Assembly (NCBI GenBank): GCA_035948045.1 | Contig: DASZJN010000259.1 | Span: 1-33,945 of the forward strand | DNA: 33,945 nucleotides | Source of the DNA: Acidimicrobiales bacterium | GTDB lineage: Bacteria; Actinomycetota; Acidimicrobiia; Acidimicrobiales; RAAP-2 | Reading direction: 5' to 3' | Part shown: piece after piece, positions 1 to 6,789 of the stretch | Numbering within the stretch: the stretch's first letter is position 1 | How the letters are laid out: each line of letters starts with the position of its first letter | Program-made: the position numbers and the translations under genes | The notes under the pieces: generated by a model | Databases searched by the model: none | Told to the model about the DNA's origin: nothing | The model's input: the letters and a program-made list of their open reading frames with translations, nothing else

Positions 1-2
1 TG

Positions 3-182
3 GCTGTCCAGAATACGGGCAAGAGCCACTCTGGGTCGGACACGGCCAAGGAGGAGCAATATCGAATCATCATGCTCCTCCTAGAACACGGCGCCAGCCC
101 TCACGATCTCGACGCCAAGGGCAAGACCGTTGCGAGCGCTGCATTGAGCGATTGGATCCGTGAACTGCTCAACAGCTACTGA
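3..182 (+). CDS. ankyrin-repeat protein, C-terminal fragment (5' end outside window)
   Basis: Frame 3 is open from the window edge to TGA 180-182. The translation ...EEQYRIIMLLLEHGASPHDLDAKGKTVASAALSDWIRELLNSY shows the ankyrin signature LLxxGAxxxxxDxxGxT. It is absent from the ORF track because it has no start in the window. Confidence 0.6.
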   Translation, partial: AVQNTGKSHSGSDTAKEEQYRIIMLLLEHGASPHDLDAKGKTVASAALSDWIRELLNSY

Positions 183-183
183 C

Positions 184-210
184 ACGGATGTCGTGACGAT
201 AACAATCCGT
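184..210 (+). terminator. possible stem-loop just after the ankyrin gene stop
   Basis: ACGGAT (184-189) pairs with ATCCGT (205-210) around a 15-nt loop, beginning 2 nt after the TGA. No T-tract follows. Confidence 0.2.
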
Positions 211-277
211 CAACCGCATTGGCGGGGCGAGTCGGCCAGAACCATCGCCTGCCGACGAACCCCCGGAACGCTGGTTG

Positions 278-306
278 TTGACAATACCGGCGGCCATCCT
301 GAAAAT
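278..306 (+). promoter_or_regulatory. candidate sigma-A-type promoter for the DHFR-family gene
   Basis: Perfect TTGACA at 278-283, a 17-nt spacer, then GAAAAT at 301-306 (4/6 to TATAAT). It lies about 110 nt upstream of the preferred start at 416. Confidence 0.35.
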
Positions 307-415
307 AACGTACCGAGTGGATGCGAAGGGTATCCCTACCGCAGGATCGGTGGGGCAGTTCTGGCCGTGGCCGATGCCAACTAACGTGGGCCAGGTCCTG
401 GTCGGAGGAGTCGCC

Positions 416-973
416 TTGGCCAAGCTGATCTACATAGCTAACACGTCACTGGACGGTTACACCGAGGACCCTGACGGCGGCTTCGATTTCGGCCAGCCTG
501 ATGAGGAGTACTTCGGATTCATCAACGAGCTCGAGCGCCCGGTGGGTACCTATCTGTACGGCCGCCGGATGTATCAGACGATGGTCTACTGGGAGACCGC
601 ACCCGTTGCTGATCAGCCGCACTGGATCGTGGAGTTCGCCAACCTCTGGCGAGCGGCTGACAAGGTGGTGTTTTCGAAGACCCTGACATCGGTGTCAAGC
701 GACAAGACCACCCTTGAGCAGGAGTTCGAGGCTGAGGCGATTCGGCGCCTGAAGACCGGGGCAGACCACGATCTAACGGTCGGTGGAGCAGATCTCGCAG
801 CTCAAGCGATTGAGGCTGGGGTGGTGGACGAGTGCCACCTGTTCTTCTGGCCTGTCGTGCTGGGTGGTGGCAAGCACGCTCTACCGCTGCGCACCCGCCT
901 CGACGTCGAACTCCTCAGTGAGAGGCGCTCCCCCAGCGGAGTCGCCCACCTCCACTTCCGAATCAACTACTGA
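416..973 (+). CDS. dihydrofolate reductase family protein (RibD C-terminal domain, YyaP-like)
   Basis: Part of ORF 275..973. KLIYIANTSLDGY..., LTVGGADLAAQAIEAGVVDECHLFFWPVVLGGGK and a length near 185 aa fit this family. TTG 416 is preferred as start because GGAGGAG lies 5 nt upstream and family members begin M-x-KLIY. In-frame ATG 374 is the alternative. Confidence 0.8.
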   Translation: MAKLIYIANTSLDGYTEDPDGGFDFGQPDEEYFGFINELERPVGTYLYGRRMYQTMVYWETAPVADQPHWIVEFANLWRAADKVVFSKTLTSVSSDKTTLEQEFEAEAIRRLKTGADHDLTVGGADLAAQAIEAGVVDECHLFFWPVVLGGGKHALPLRTRLDVELLSERRSPSGVAHLHFRINY

Positions 974-997
974 GGATCATTCCTCGGGGAAGGATCC
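974..997 (+). terminator. stem-loop immediately after the DHFR-family stop
   Basis: GGATCATTCC-tcgg-GGAAGGATCC gives a 10-position stem with one A/G mismatch and a tetraloop, starting 1 nt after TGA 971-973. There is no clear U-tract. Confidence 0.35.
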
Positions 998-1154
998 ATT
1001 GCCACGTTGTTCTGCCACACGATTTGATGTGTGCCCCAGAACGCCGGGAGCGGGTCAGTTGCTAAACGAGGCGTACGGCACGCGTGGGACAGTCGCACAG
1101 GCCACCGCGCTAGTGCACGCATGCCGCCGAGCCCTCGCATGACACCATGGGAGC

Positions 1155-1508
1155 ATGAGCGACGGAAGCCAAGAGCGCTACTACCACGGTACGCGTGTTG
1201 ACTTGAAGCCTGAAGATCTGATCAAGCCCGGCTACAACTCCAACTTCGGCAGCCGCAAGGAGGCCAACTACGTCTATCTGACGGCCACTATGGACGCCGC
1301 TGTCTGGGGAGCAGAATTGGCAATCGGCGAAGGCCCCGGCCGGATCTACATCGTGGAACCGACTGGCCCCATTGAGGACGACCCGAACCTGACGGACAAA
1401 AAGTTCCCCGGCAACCCGACGAAGTCGTACCGCTCTCGTTACCCGCTAGCGGTAACGGACGAACTCACGAACTGGGTGGGGCATGGTCCCGATGTCTTCA
1501 GGCGATGA
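1155..1508 (+). CDS. arr: NAD+-rifampin ADP-ribosyltransferase (Arr family), 3' end disrupted by a 1-nt frameshift; the conserved C-terminus continues at 1505..1561 in another frame
   Basis: The 117-aa ORF matches Arr-2/Arr-ms by eye along its whole length: YYHGT, AVWGAELA, RIYIVEPTGPIEDDPNLTDKKFPGNPTKSYRS. It ends ...GHGPDVFRR* at TGA 1506-1508. The Arr-like tail MKDNIDRLKQLGIEAIGD* is read from ATG 1505 to TGA 1559-1561. Confidence 0.85.
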   Translation: MSDGSQERYYHGTRVDLKPEDLIKPGYNSNFGSRKEANYVYLTATMDAAVWGAELAIGEGPGRIYIVEPTGPIEDDPNLTDKKFPGNPTKSYRSRYPLAVTDELTNWVGHGPDVFRR

Positions 1509-1848
1509 AGGACAATATCGACCGCCTCAAGCAGCTCGGCATCGAAGCAATCGGCGACTGACAATTCATGCAAAACGGGGCCAGTCCTGGTCGAGCCGGT
1601 TGAGCGAAGATCTCCGACAGCATCCCGTCTGTAGCTGTCACGACTCGGCACAGCGCGCCCCCAGATTGACCGGATGGTGGGGCGCTTGGCCCCATCGCGT
1701 ATCTCACCTTGCTTGCACGCACCCCGCTTAGCTCCGGAGAGGCCGATGACGGAGCGGTGCTCCTGCCTCGAACCTGTATTGCAGCCCACACAACGGGCGC
1801 GATCAACACTCCGTGATCGTACAAACAGCGCACACCTGCCGCTGGCGA

Positions 1849-3120
1849 CTAGTTGTGGCGGACCTCGTCGAAGGGCTTGTCCCGATCGGCGGCGTACTCC
1901 CTTGGCATGCCCAGCACCCGCTCGCTGATGATGTTGCGCTGCATCTCGTTGCTGCCCCCGCCCAGGCTGCTGCCTTGGCGATTGAGGTAGACCTCCCCGA
2001 GGGGTGGGGCGTCGTCGTCGATCCAGGCACCGATGTCGGCTCCCGCGATCTCCAGGGCAATGTCCAGATGGCGCTCGGTGTTGGTGGCGGCAAAGAGCCG
2101 GGGCAGTGCTCCGGCGGGGCCAGGAAACGCCCCGGTGCGGATGCCCGTCGTCACCCGCTCGATCAGCTGGCTCTGGATCCGCTCGTTGATCCGGTCCTCC
2201 GCCACCAGCTGGCGGACCCGGGGATCGCCCGTCTGACCGGTGGCCCGAGCCAATTCGAGCAGTTCCGACCGCTGGCCGCCCTGGCCGGCTGCCGCGATGA
2301 TGGCTCCGCTGGCATAGGGGGACCCGCCCCCCACCGCGTTCCGTTCGTGGAACAGCAGGCGCGAGGCCACCGTCCAACCGTCGTTGATCTCGCCCACGAC
2401 GTCGGTGACCGGGACGGGCACGTCATCGAAGAACTCCTGGCAGAACTCGGCCGTGCGGTTGGACATCTTGATCTGCTGGACCTCGACCCCGGGCTGGTGG
2501 ATCTTGAGGATGAACATGGTCAGGCCCCGGTGTTTGGGCACGTGCCAATCGGTCCGGGCCAGGCAGAGCGCATAGTCGGATCGGAACGCGCCCGAACTCC
2601 AGATCTTCGATCCGTTGAGGACAAACACGTCCCCGTCCCTGGTCGCCCTGGTCACCAGGCCGGCGAGGTCCGAACCGCCACTGGGCTCGGACAGGAACTG
2701 GACCCACAGCTCGTCACCCCGGAGCATGGCCGGGATGTGGCGGAGCTTCTGCTCCTCGGTGCCGAAGTCGAGGAGGGTTGCGGCCAGGATGGTGAAGGTC
2801 GGAACGTTGAAGGTGGTGGGCATCCGGTAGGGCAGCGACTCTCGGGTGAAGGCCCGCTGGTGGGCTCGGGACAGGCCCTGGCCGCCATAGGCGACCGGAA
2901 AGCAGAGACCGGCGAACCCGCCGTCGAACAGGATGCGCTGCAGGCGGCGGGCACCCTTCCCCGACTCGTCCTCCCGGGACAATTGCTGATTGGTGTATCC
3001 CTCGGGCAGCAGCGGCATGGAGTCGGCCAGCCAGGCTCGCGCCCGTTGGCGGAATGACTCGACGTCCTCTTGGGAGTCCACCCTCTCCTCGGGTACATCC
3101 GTGCCAGTGTGCGCGCTCAT
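1849..3120 (-). CDS. acyl-CoA dehydrogenase, alpha-type (catalytic) subunit
   Basis: 423-aa ORF with FLSEPSGGSDLAGL, GWTVASRLLFHERN and the C-terminal GGGSNEMQRNIISERVLG. Its ATG (3118-3120) overlaps the upstream gene's stop by 4 nt (ATGA). Confidence 0.92.
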   Translation of the reverse strand: MSAHTGTDVPEERVDSQEDVESFRQRARAWLADSMPLLPEGYTNQQLSREDESGKGARRLQRILFDGGFAGLCFPVAYGGQGLSRAHQRAFTRESLPYRMPTTFNVPTFTILAATLLDFGTEEQKLRHIPAMLRGDELWVQFLSEPSGGSDLAGLVTRATRDGDVFVLNGSKIWSSGAFRSDYALCLARTDWHVPKHRGLTMFILKIHQPGVEVQQIKMSNRTAEFCQEFFDDVPVPVTDVVGEINDGWTVASRLLFHERNAVGGGSPYASGAIIAAAGQGGQRSELLELARATGQTGDPRVRQLVAEDRINERIQSQLIERVTTGIRTGAFPGPAGALPRLFAATNTERHLDIALEIAGADIGAWIDDDAPPLGEVYLNRQGSSLGGGSNEMQRNIISERVLGMPREYAADRDKPFDEVRHN

Positions 3121-4259
3121 GGAACTTCCCTCTCCATCCCCATGGCCATAGCCACACGCTCCCGGTGGTCACGGGGCGTCCCCCACTGGGTGCGGTCCAC
3201 CACCACCCGGCGGAGGTAGAGGTGGAGGTCGTGGTCCCAGGTCACCCCGATGCCGCCGTGAATCTGCACGCAGTCCTGCAGGATGACCGGGCCGCGGTCG
3301 CCGATATAGGCCTTGGCCACGCTGACCAGCTCGGCGGCATGGGTGGAGTCCGAGTCCACGGCCCGGGCCGCGGCGCCGGCGGTGGCATGGGCAGCCTCGA
3401 GCCACACCTTCATGTCCGCGAACCGGTGCTTCAGGGCCTGATACGAGGCCAGGGGCCGCCCGAAGGAGTACCGGTCGGCGGCGTACTCGACGGTGAACTC
3501 GAACACCCGGTCCATGGCCCCGACCATCTCCGCACACTGGAGCACGGCCACGGTCTGCAGCTGGTGCTCGATGTCGGCCACGGTGGTCTCCGCCAACCCG
3601 AGGGCGGCGTCCTGTCCCACCGCCACCTGATCGAAGCGGATCTGGGCGAAGCGTCTCACCAGGTCGAGGCTGTTCGCCGTATCCACCGTGACTCCGGGGC
3701 TGTCGGAAGGCACGATGAATTGAGCCACGCCGTCCTCTGTGGCTGCTGTCACCAGGTAGACGTCGGCCTGTCCCGCGGCCTCGACCGGACCAGACACGCC
3801 GTCGAGGACCACGCCGGTGTCACCGAGCTTCGCCCCTACCCTGCCTCCGGAGTCGATGCCGGCGGCGGGGGCGCCGAGGCACCATGCGGCCACCGAAGTG
3901 CCGTCCATCAGCCCGGGGAGCAGCCTCCGCCGTTGGTCGGCAGATCCCGACCGGGCCAGCGCCTCGGCCACGACATTGGTGGGCACCAGTGGCCCGGGCG
4001 AGACCAGGCTGCCCATCGACTCGGCCACCAGCACGAGGTCCAGCAGCCCGTGACCCGAGACGCTGCCCCCACCGTCGGCTTCGGAAACCAGCAGCGAGGT
4101 CCATCCCAGTTCGGCCCCGGTCTTCCACCAGCCCCGATCGAACCCTGCGGGCTCCTCATCGGCCAGGCGGCGGACCGTCTCCAGGGGAGCCGTGCTCTCG
4201 AGGAACTTCCGAGTCGTGTCCAGCAGCAGCTGCTGGTCGTCAGTGATACGAAGGTCCAC
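3117..4259 (-). CDS. acyl-CoA dehydrogenase family protein, beta-type (non-catalytic partner) subunit
   Basis: The ORF 3117..4556 is trimmed to GTG 4259 (VDLRITDDQQLLLDTTRKF..., the typical ACAD N-terminus), 7 nt after the P450 stop. It carries IHGGIGVTWDHDLHLYLRR but lacks the SEPxxGSDLA and HER motifs. Confidence 0.85.
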   Translation of the reverse strand: MDLRITDDQQLLLDTTRKFLESTAPLETVRRLADEEPAGFDRGWWKTGAELGWTSLLVSEADGGGSVSGHGLLDLVLVAESMGSLVSPGPLVPTNVVAEALARSGSADQRRRLLPGLMDGTSVAAWCLGAPAAGIDSGGRVGAKLGDTGVVLDGVSGPVEAAGQADVYLVTAATEDGVAQFIVPSDSPGVTVDTANSLDLVRRFAQIRFDQVAVGQDAALGLAETTVADIEHQLQTVAVLQCAEMVGAMDRVFEFTVEYAADRYSFGRPLASYQALKHRFADMKVWLEAAHATAGAAARAVDSDSTHAAELVSVAKAYIGDRGPVILQDCVQIHGGIGVTWDHDLHLYLRRVVVDRTQWGTPRDHRERVAMAMGMEREVP

Positions 4260-4266
4260 CCAGGCC

Positions 4267-5469
4267 CTACCCTTGTGAGCCTGACGCCGTGAAGACGAGC
4301 GGCAACGTATCGATCTGGCGCAGTCCCGCCTGATAGACCAGCTTGGTCCCGGGGGCGAGCGAGTAGTCCGGGATCCGCAGATGCCACTCCCGCAGCGCGA
4401 TGCGGAGCTCCATGCGGGCCAGATGCGAGCCGAGACACCGGTGGATGCCGCCGCCGAAGGCCAGGTGCTTGTTCGGGTTGCGTTCCAGGTCGACGGTGAA
4501 GGCATCGGGGAGGGCGTCCTCATCGATGTTGGCCGCACCGATGCTGACTCCCACACTGGAGCCCTTGGAGACCGGGCAGCCCTCGATCTCGACGTCGGCG
4601 ACGGCGGTGCGGGCCACCGCGGTGACCGGCGATTCCCAGCGCAGGAGCTCCTCCACCGTCGACGGGATGATCGAAGGGTCGTCCACGATGCGCCGACGCT
4701 GCTCGGGGTACTGGGCCAGGTAGGCGAAGAAGCACTCGAGGCTGTCGGTCACCGTGTCGAGGCCGGCCAGGATGAACAGGAAGCAAATCCCGACGATTTC
4801 GTCCACGGTGAGCCGCTGGCCGTCGATTTCGGCGGTGAGGAACAGGCTCAGGATGTCGTCCCGGGTATCGGCGCTCGCCTTTCGCTCCCTCACCACCTCG
4901 GCGAAGTACTCCTCGATCTGCCGGGCCGCCACCTTCTGGCTGGCCTGGATCTCGTCGAGGTCTGACCCCGAAGGGCGCAGGATCCCGTCCTTCATGCTCA
5001 AGAACAGGTCGAGCTGGGACAGAGGCAGGCCGACCAGCCGCAAGAACACGGCCGACGGGAGCGGCACAGCCAACTCGTCGGAGAATTCGCACCGTCCCGT
5101 GTCGATGAACCCATCGATGCGCTCGTTGACCAACCGGGCGATGTCGGGCTCCAGAAGGTTCATCTGTCGGGGGGCGAAGATCGGATCCAGGAGGCGGCGG
5201 TAGTTCCGGTGGTTCGGAGGGTCGACCTGAAGGGGGATCAGTGGCACCGATTGCCCGAGGTCGACGGCTTGCATGGCCGAGGAGAACTCCTCGGGGTGCT
5301 GGAGGACGTACTCCACAGCCGATCGGCGGACGACCTGGGGCCCGAACGTACCTGGGACCACCGATCCCTCAGCCTGGGCCCGGCGGTAGTAGGGCTGGGG
5401 ATTGGCGCTCACGTCCGAATCCATGAACCCCTCGGGTTCGAAGACCTCGGACTCTTGGGCCTGCGACAT
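4267..5469 (-). CDS. cytochrome P450
   Basis: Heme loop FGGGIHRCLGSHLA, I-helix LFILAGLDTVTDS and ExxR motif EELLRWESP. Start is ATG 5469 (MSQAQESE...), preceded by AAGGAGG. The longer ORF reaching 5607 has no supporting features. Confidence 0.93.
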   Translation of the reverse strand: MSQAQESEVFEPEGFMDSDVSANPQPYYRRAQAEGSVVPGTFGPQVVRRSAVEYVLQHPEEFSSAMQAVDLGQSVPLIPLQVDPPNHRNYRRLLDPIFAPRQMNLLEPDIARLVNERIDGFIDTGRCEFSDELAVPLPSAVFLRLVGLPLSQLDLFLSMKDGILRPSGSDLDEIQASQKVAARQIEEYFAEVVRERKASADTRDDILSLFLTAEIDGQRLTVDEIVGICFLFILAGLDTVTDSLECFFAYLAQYPEQRRRIVDDPSIIPSTVEELLRWESPVTAVARTAVADVEIEGCPVSKGSSVGVSIGAANIDEDALPDAFTVDLERNPNKHLAFGGGIHRCLGSHLARMELRIALREWHLRIPDYSLAPGTKLVYQAGLRQIDTLPLVFTASGSQG

Positions 5470-5535
5470 GGCTGCCTCCTTTGCAGTGTCCCGGTGCGGC
5501 GGACCCGGGGACGGCGAGGTGAGAATCGGCTTTTC

Positions 5536-5548
5536 AGTAGACTCTACT
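5536..5548. promoter_or_regulatory. operator-like palindrome in the AT-richer patch upstream of the P450 operon
   Basis: AGTAGA-c-TCTACT has perfect 6-bp arms, 67-79 nt upstream of the P450 ATG. On the minus strand it contains TAGAGT, a plausible -10 hexamer. Confidence 0.3.
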
Positions 5549-5643
5549 CGGACGGCCCCGCCCACCACATGTCCGACGTGCCGCCTGGCCCCATCGCCGG
5601 CAGGCATCCGCTAGTGGAATGGCCCGATGGATGGTCCCGGCGC

Positions 5644-6690
5644 TCATTTCTCCACGATCTCGTCGATGAGCCCCCAAGCGCGTCCCGTGACGGCGCCGAT
5701 GAAGTGGCCGGTGAGAGCCAACCAGGCCGTACGGTGGCGTCCGATGCGTCTGGGGAGCGTTGCCGTACCGCCGGCCCCGGGGATGAGGCCCATCGCCACC
5801 TCGGGCAGCCGCAGCCGGGTGTCCGGTCTGGCCACGATCCGGCCCGCCATGGCGGGCAACTCAACACCGGCACCGACACACGCTCCGTGAAGGTGGGCGA
5901 CAACACGGTCCCCGACGACGCCGAGCAGGCGGGCGGCGCTGCGGGTGGTGCGGACCAGGTGGGCGGTGGCGGGATCGGTGAGCGTTCCGAATTCGTTGAG
6001 GTCGCCGCCGCTGCAGAAATCGGGTCCGCCTCCGAACAGATGCACCTCGAGGATGGTGGGATCGGCGCACACCACGGACAGGGCTTCGCACAGCCCGTCC
6101 CGCATGGCGCCGTTGTAGGCGTTGCGGACCCGGGGTCGGTTGAGGGTGATCGAGAGGCGGTCGCCGTCCCGCTCGACCACCAGGACGCCGTCGCCCGGCG
6201 ATGGAGGGGAGGCCGGCGGCCTGGCCGCGAGCCACTGCCCGAACTCCGGCCCCTGCTGCAAGGTCGAATAGGCCAGCGACTCGAGGATGAGGTCGTGATC
6301 GAGCGAGTCATGGCGCCCCGAGCGGAGGACCTGGACCAGTGCGACCGATGCGTTCGGAGAGCGGTGCGCCGCCGTCCTCATCGTCTCCAGCACCACGTCG
6401 AGGTCGGCCACCTGGACCCACGGGATCTCCCGTCGATCGGCCTCGGTGAGGGCGACGTCCACCCCCGAGAAGGATCCGTCCACCGCTCCGGAACGACTGA
6501 CCCCCACGATGACGCAGGGGAGCTGTGCGGGGATGTCGAGGCTGCCGACGTCGCCCGCGCTGTCGAGGTCGACGACCAGCAGCGGTCGTTGGGCCAGCGC
6601 TCCGAGGACCTCGGCCCAACCACCTTGGACCTGCTGGTACAGGCAGGCCAGCGCGTTGATGTCGAGCATGGTCGCACCGGTGGGCACCAT
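5644..6690 (-). CDS. enoyl-CoA hydratase/isomerase (crotonase) family protein with an atypical ~165-aa N-terminal region
   Basis: The crotonase core runs from VLVVERDGDRLSITLNRPRVRNAYN through HLHGACVGAGVELP and LPEVAMGLIPGAGGT to WGLIDEIVEK*. The start is ambiguous: ATG 6690 or ATG 6669 (MLDINAL...). Confidence 0.85.
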   Translation of the reverse strand: MVPTGATMLDINALACLYQQVQGGWAEVLGALAQRPLLVVDLDSAGDVGSLDIPAQLPCVIVGVSRSGAVDGSFSGVDVALTEADRREIPWVQVADLDVVLETMRTAAHRSPNASVALVQVLRSGRHDSLDHDLILESLAYSTLQQGPEFGQWLAARPPASPPSPGDGVLVVERDGDRLSITLNRPRVRNAYNGAMRDGLCEALSVVCADPTILEVHLFGGGPDFCSGGDLNEFGTLTDPATAHLVRTTRSAARLLGVVGDRVVAHLHGACVGAGVELPAMAGRIVARPDTRLRLPEVAMGLIPGAGGTATLPRRIGRHRTAWLALTGHFIGAVTGRAWGLIDEIVEK

Positions 6691-6750
6691 CCAGCGAGCG
6701 TAACGTGCCCCGTCTCGCGCCCTGGTCGTCCAGTCCAGGGGTCACGGACC

Positions 6751-6762
6751 ATCATGCATAAT
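6751..6762 (+). promoter_or_regulatory. AT-rich near-palindrome containing a -10-like CATAAT upstream of the FGGY kinase
   Basis: ATCATGCATAAT is a 12-nt palindrome with one mismatch pair. CATAAT at 6757-6762 lies 28 nt upstream of GTG 6790, in the 99-bp divergent intergenic region. Confidence 0.25.
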
Positions 6763-6789
6763 GGCGGTCCATGACGCCGGGTCCGCACA

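Noticed and set aside
1495-1510. Programmed ribosomal frameshifting or recoding as an explanation for the arr frame break.
   Set aside because: There is no slippery heptamer or downstream structure at the site (gtcttcaggcgatgaagg). A simple 1-nt indel, either a mutation or a sequencing error, is the more economical explanation.
1562-1848. A tRNA gene or att site marking an island junction.
   Set aside because: I looked for a T-arm (GGTTCGAnnCC-like) and an acceptor-stem pairing on both strands. Only a loose ggttcgagg match was present, without a complementary stem.
5536-5548. The P450-upstream palindrome as a KstR or KstR2 operator.
   Set aside because: AGTAGAcTCTACT lacks both the AAC..GTT core of KstR and the CAAG..CTTG core of KstR2. 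I kept it only as a generic operator candidate.
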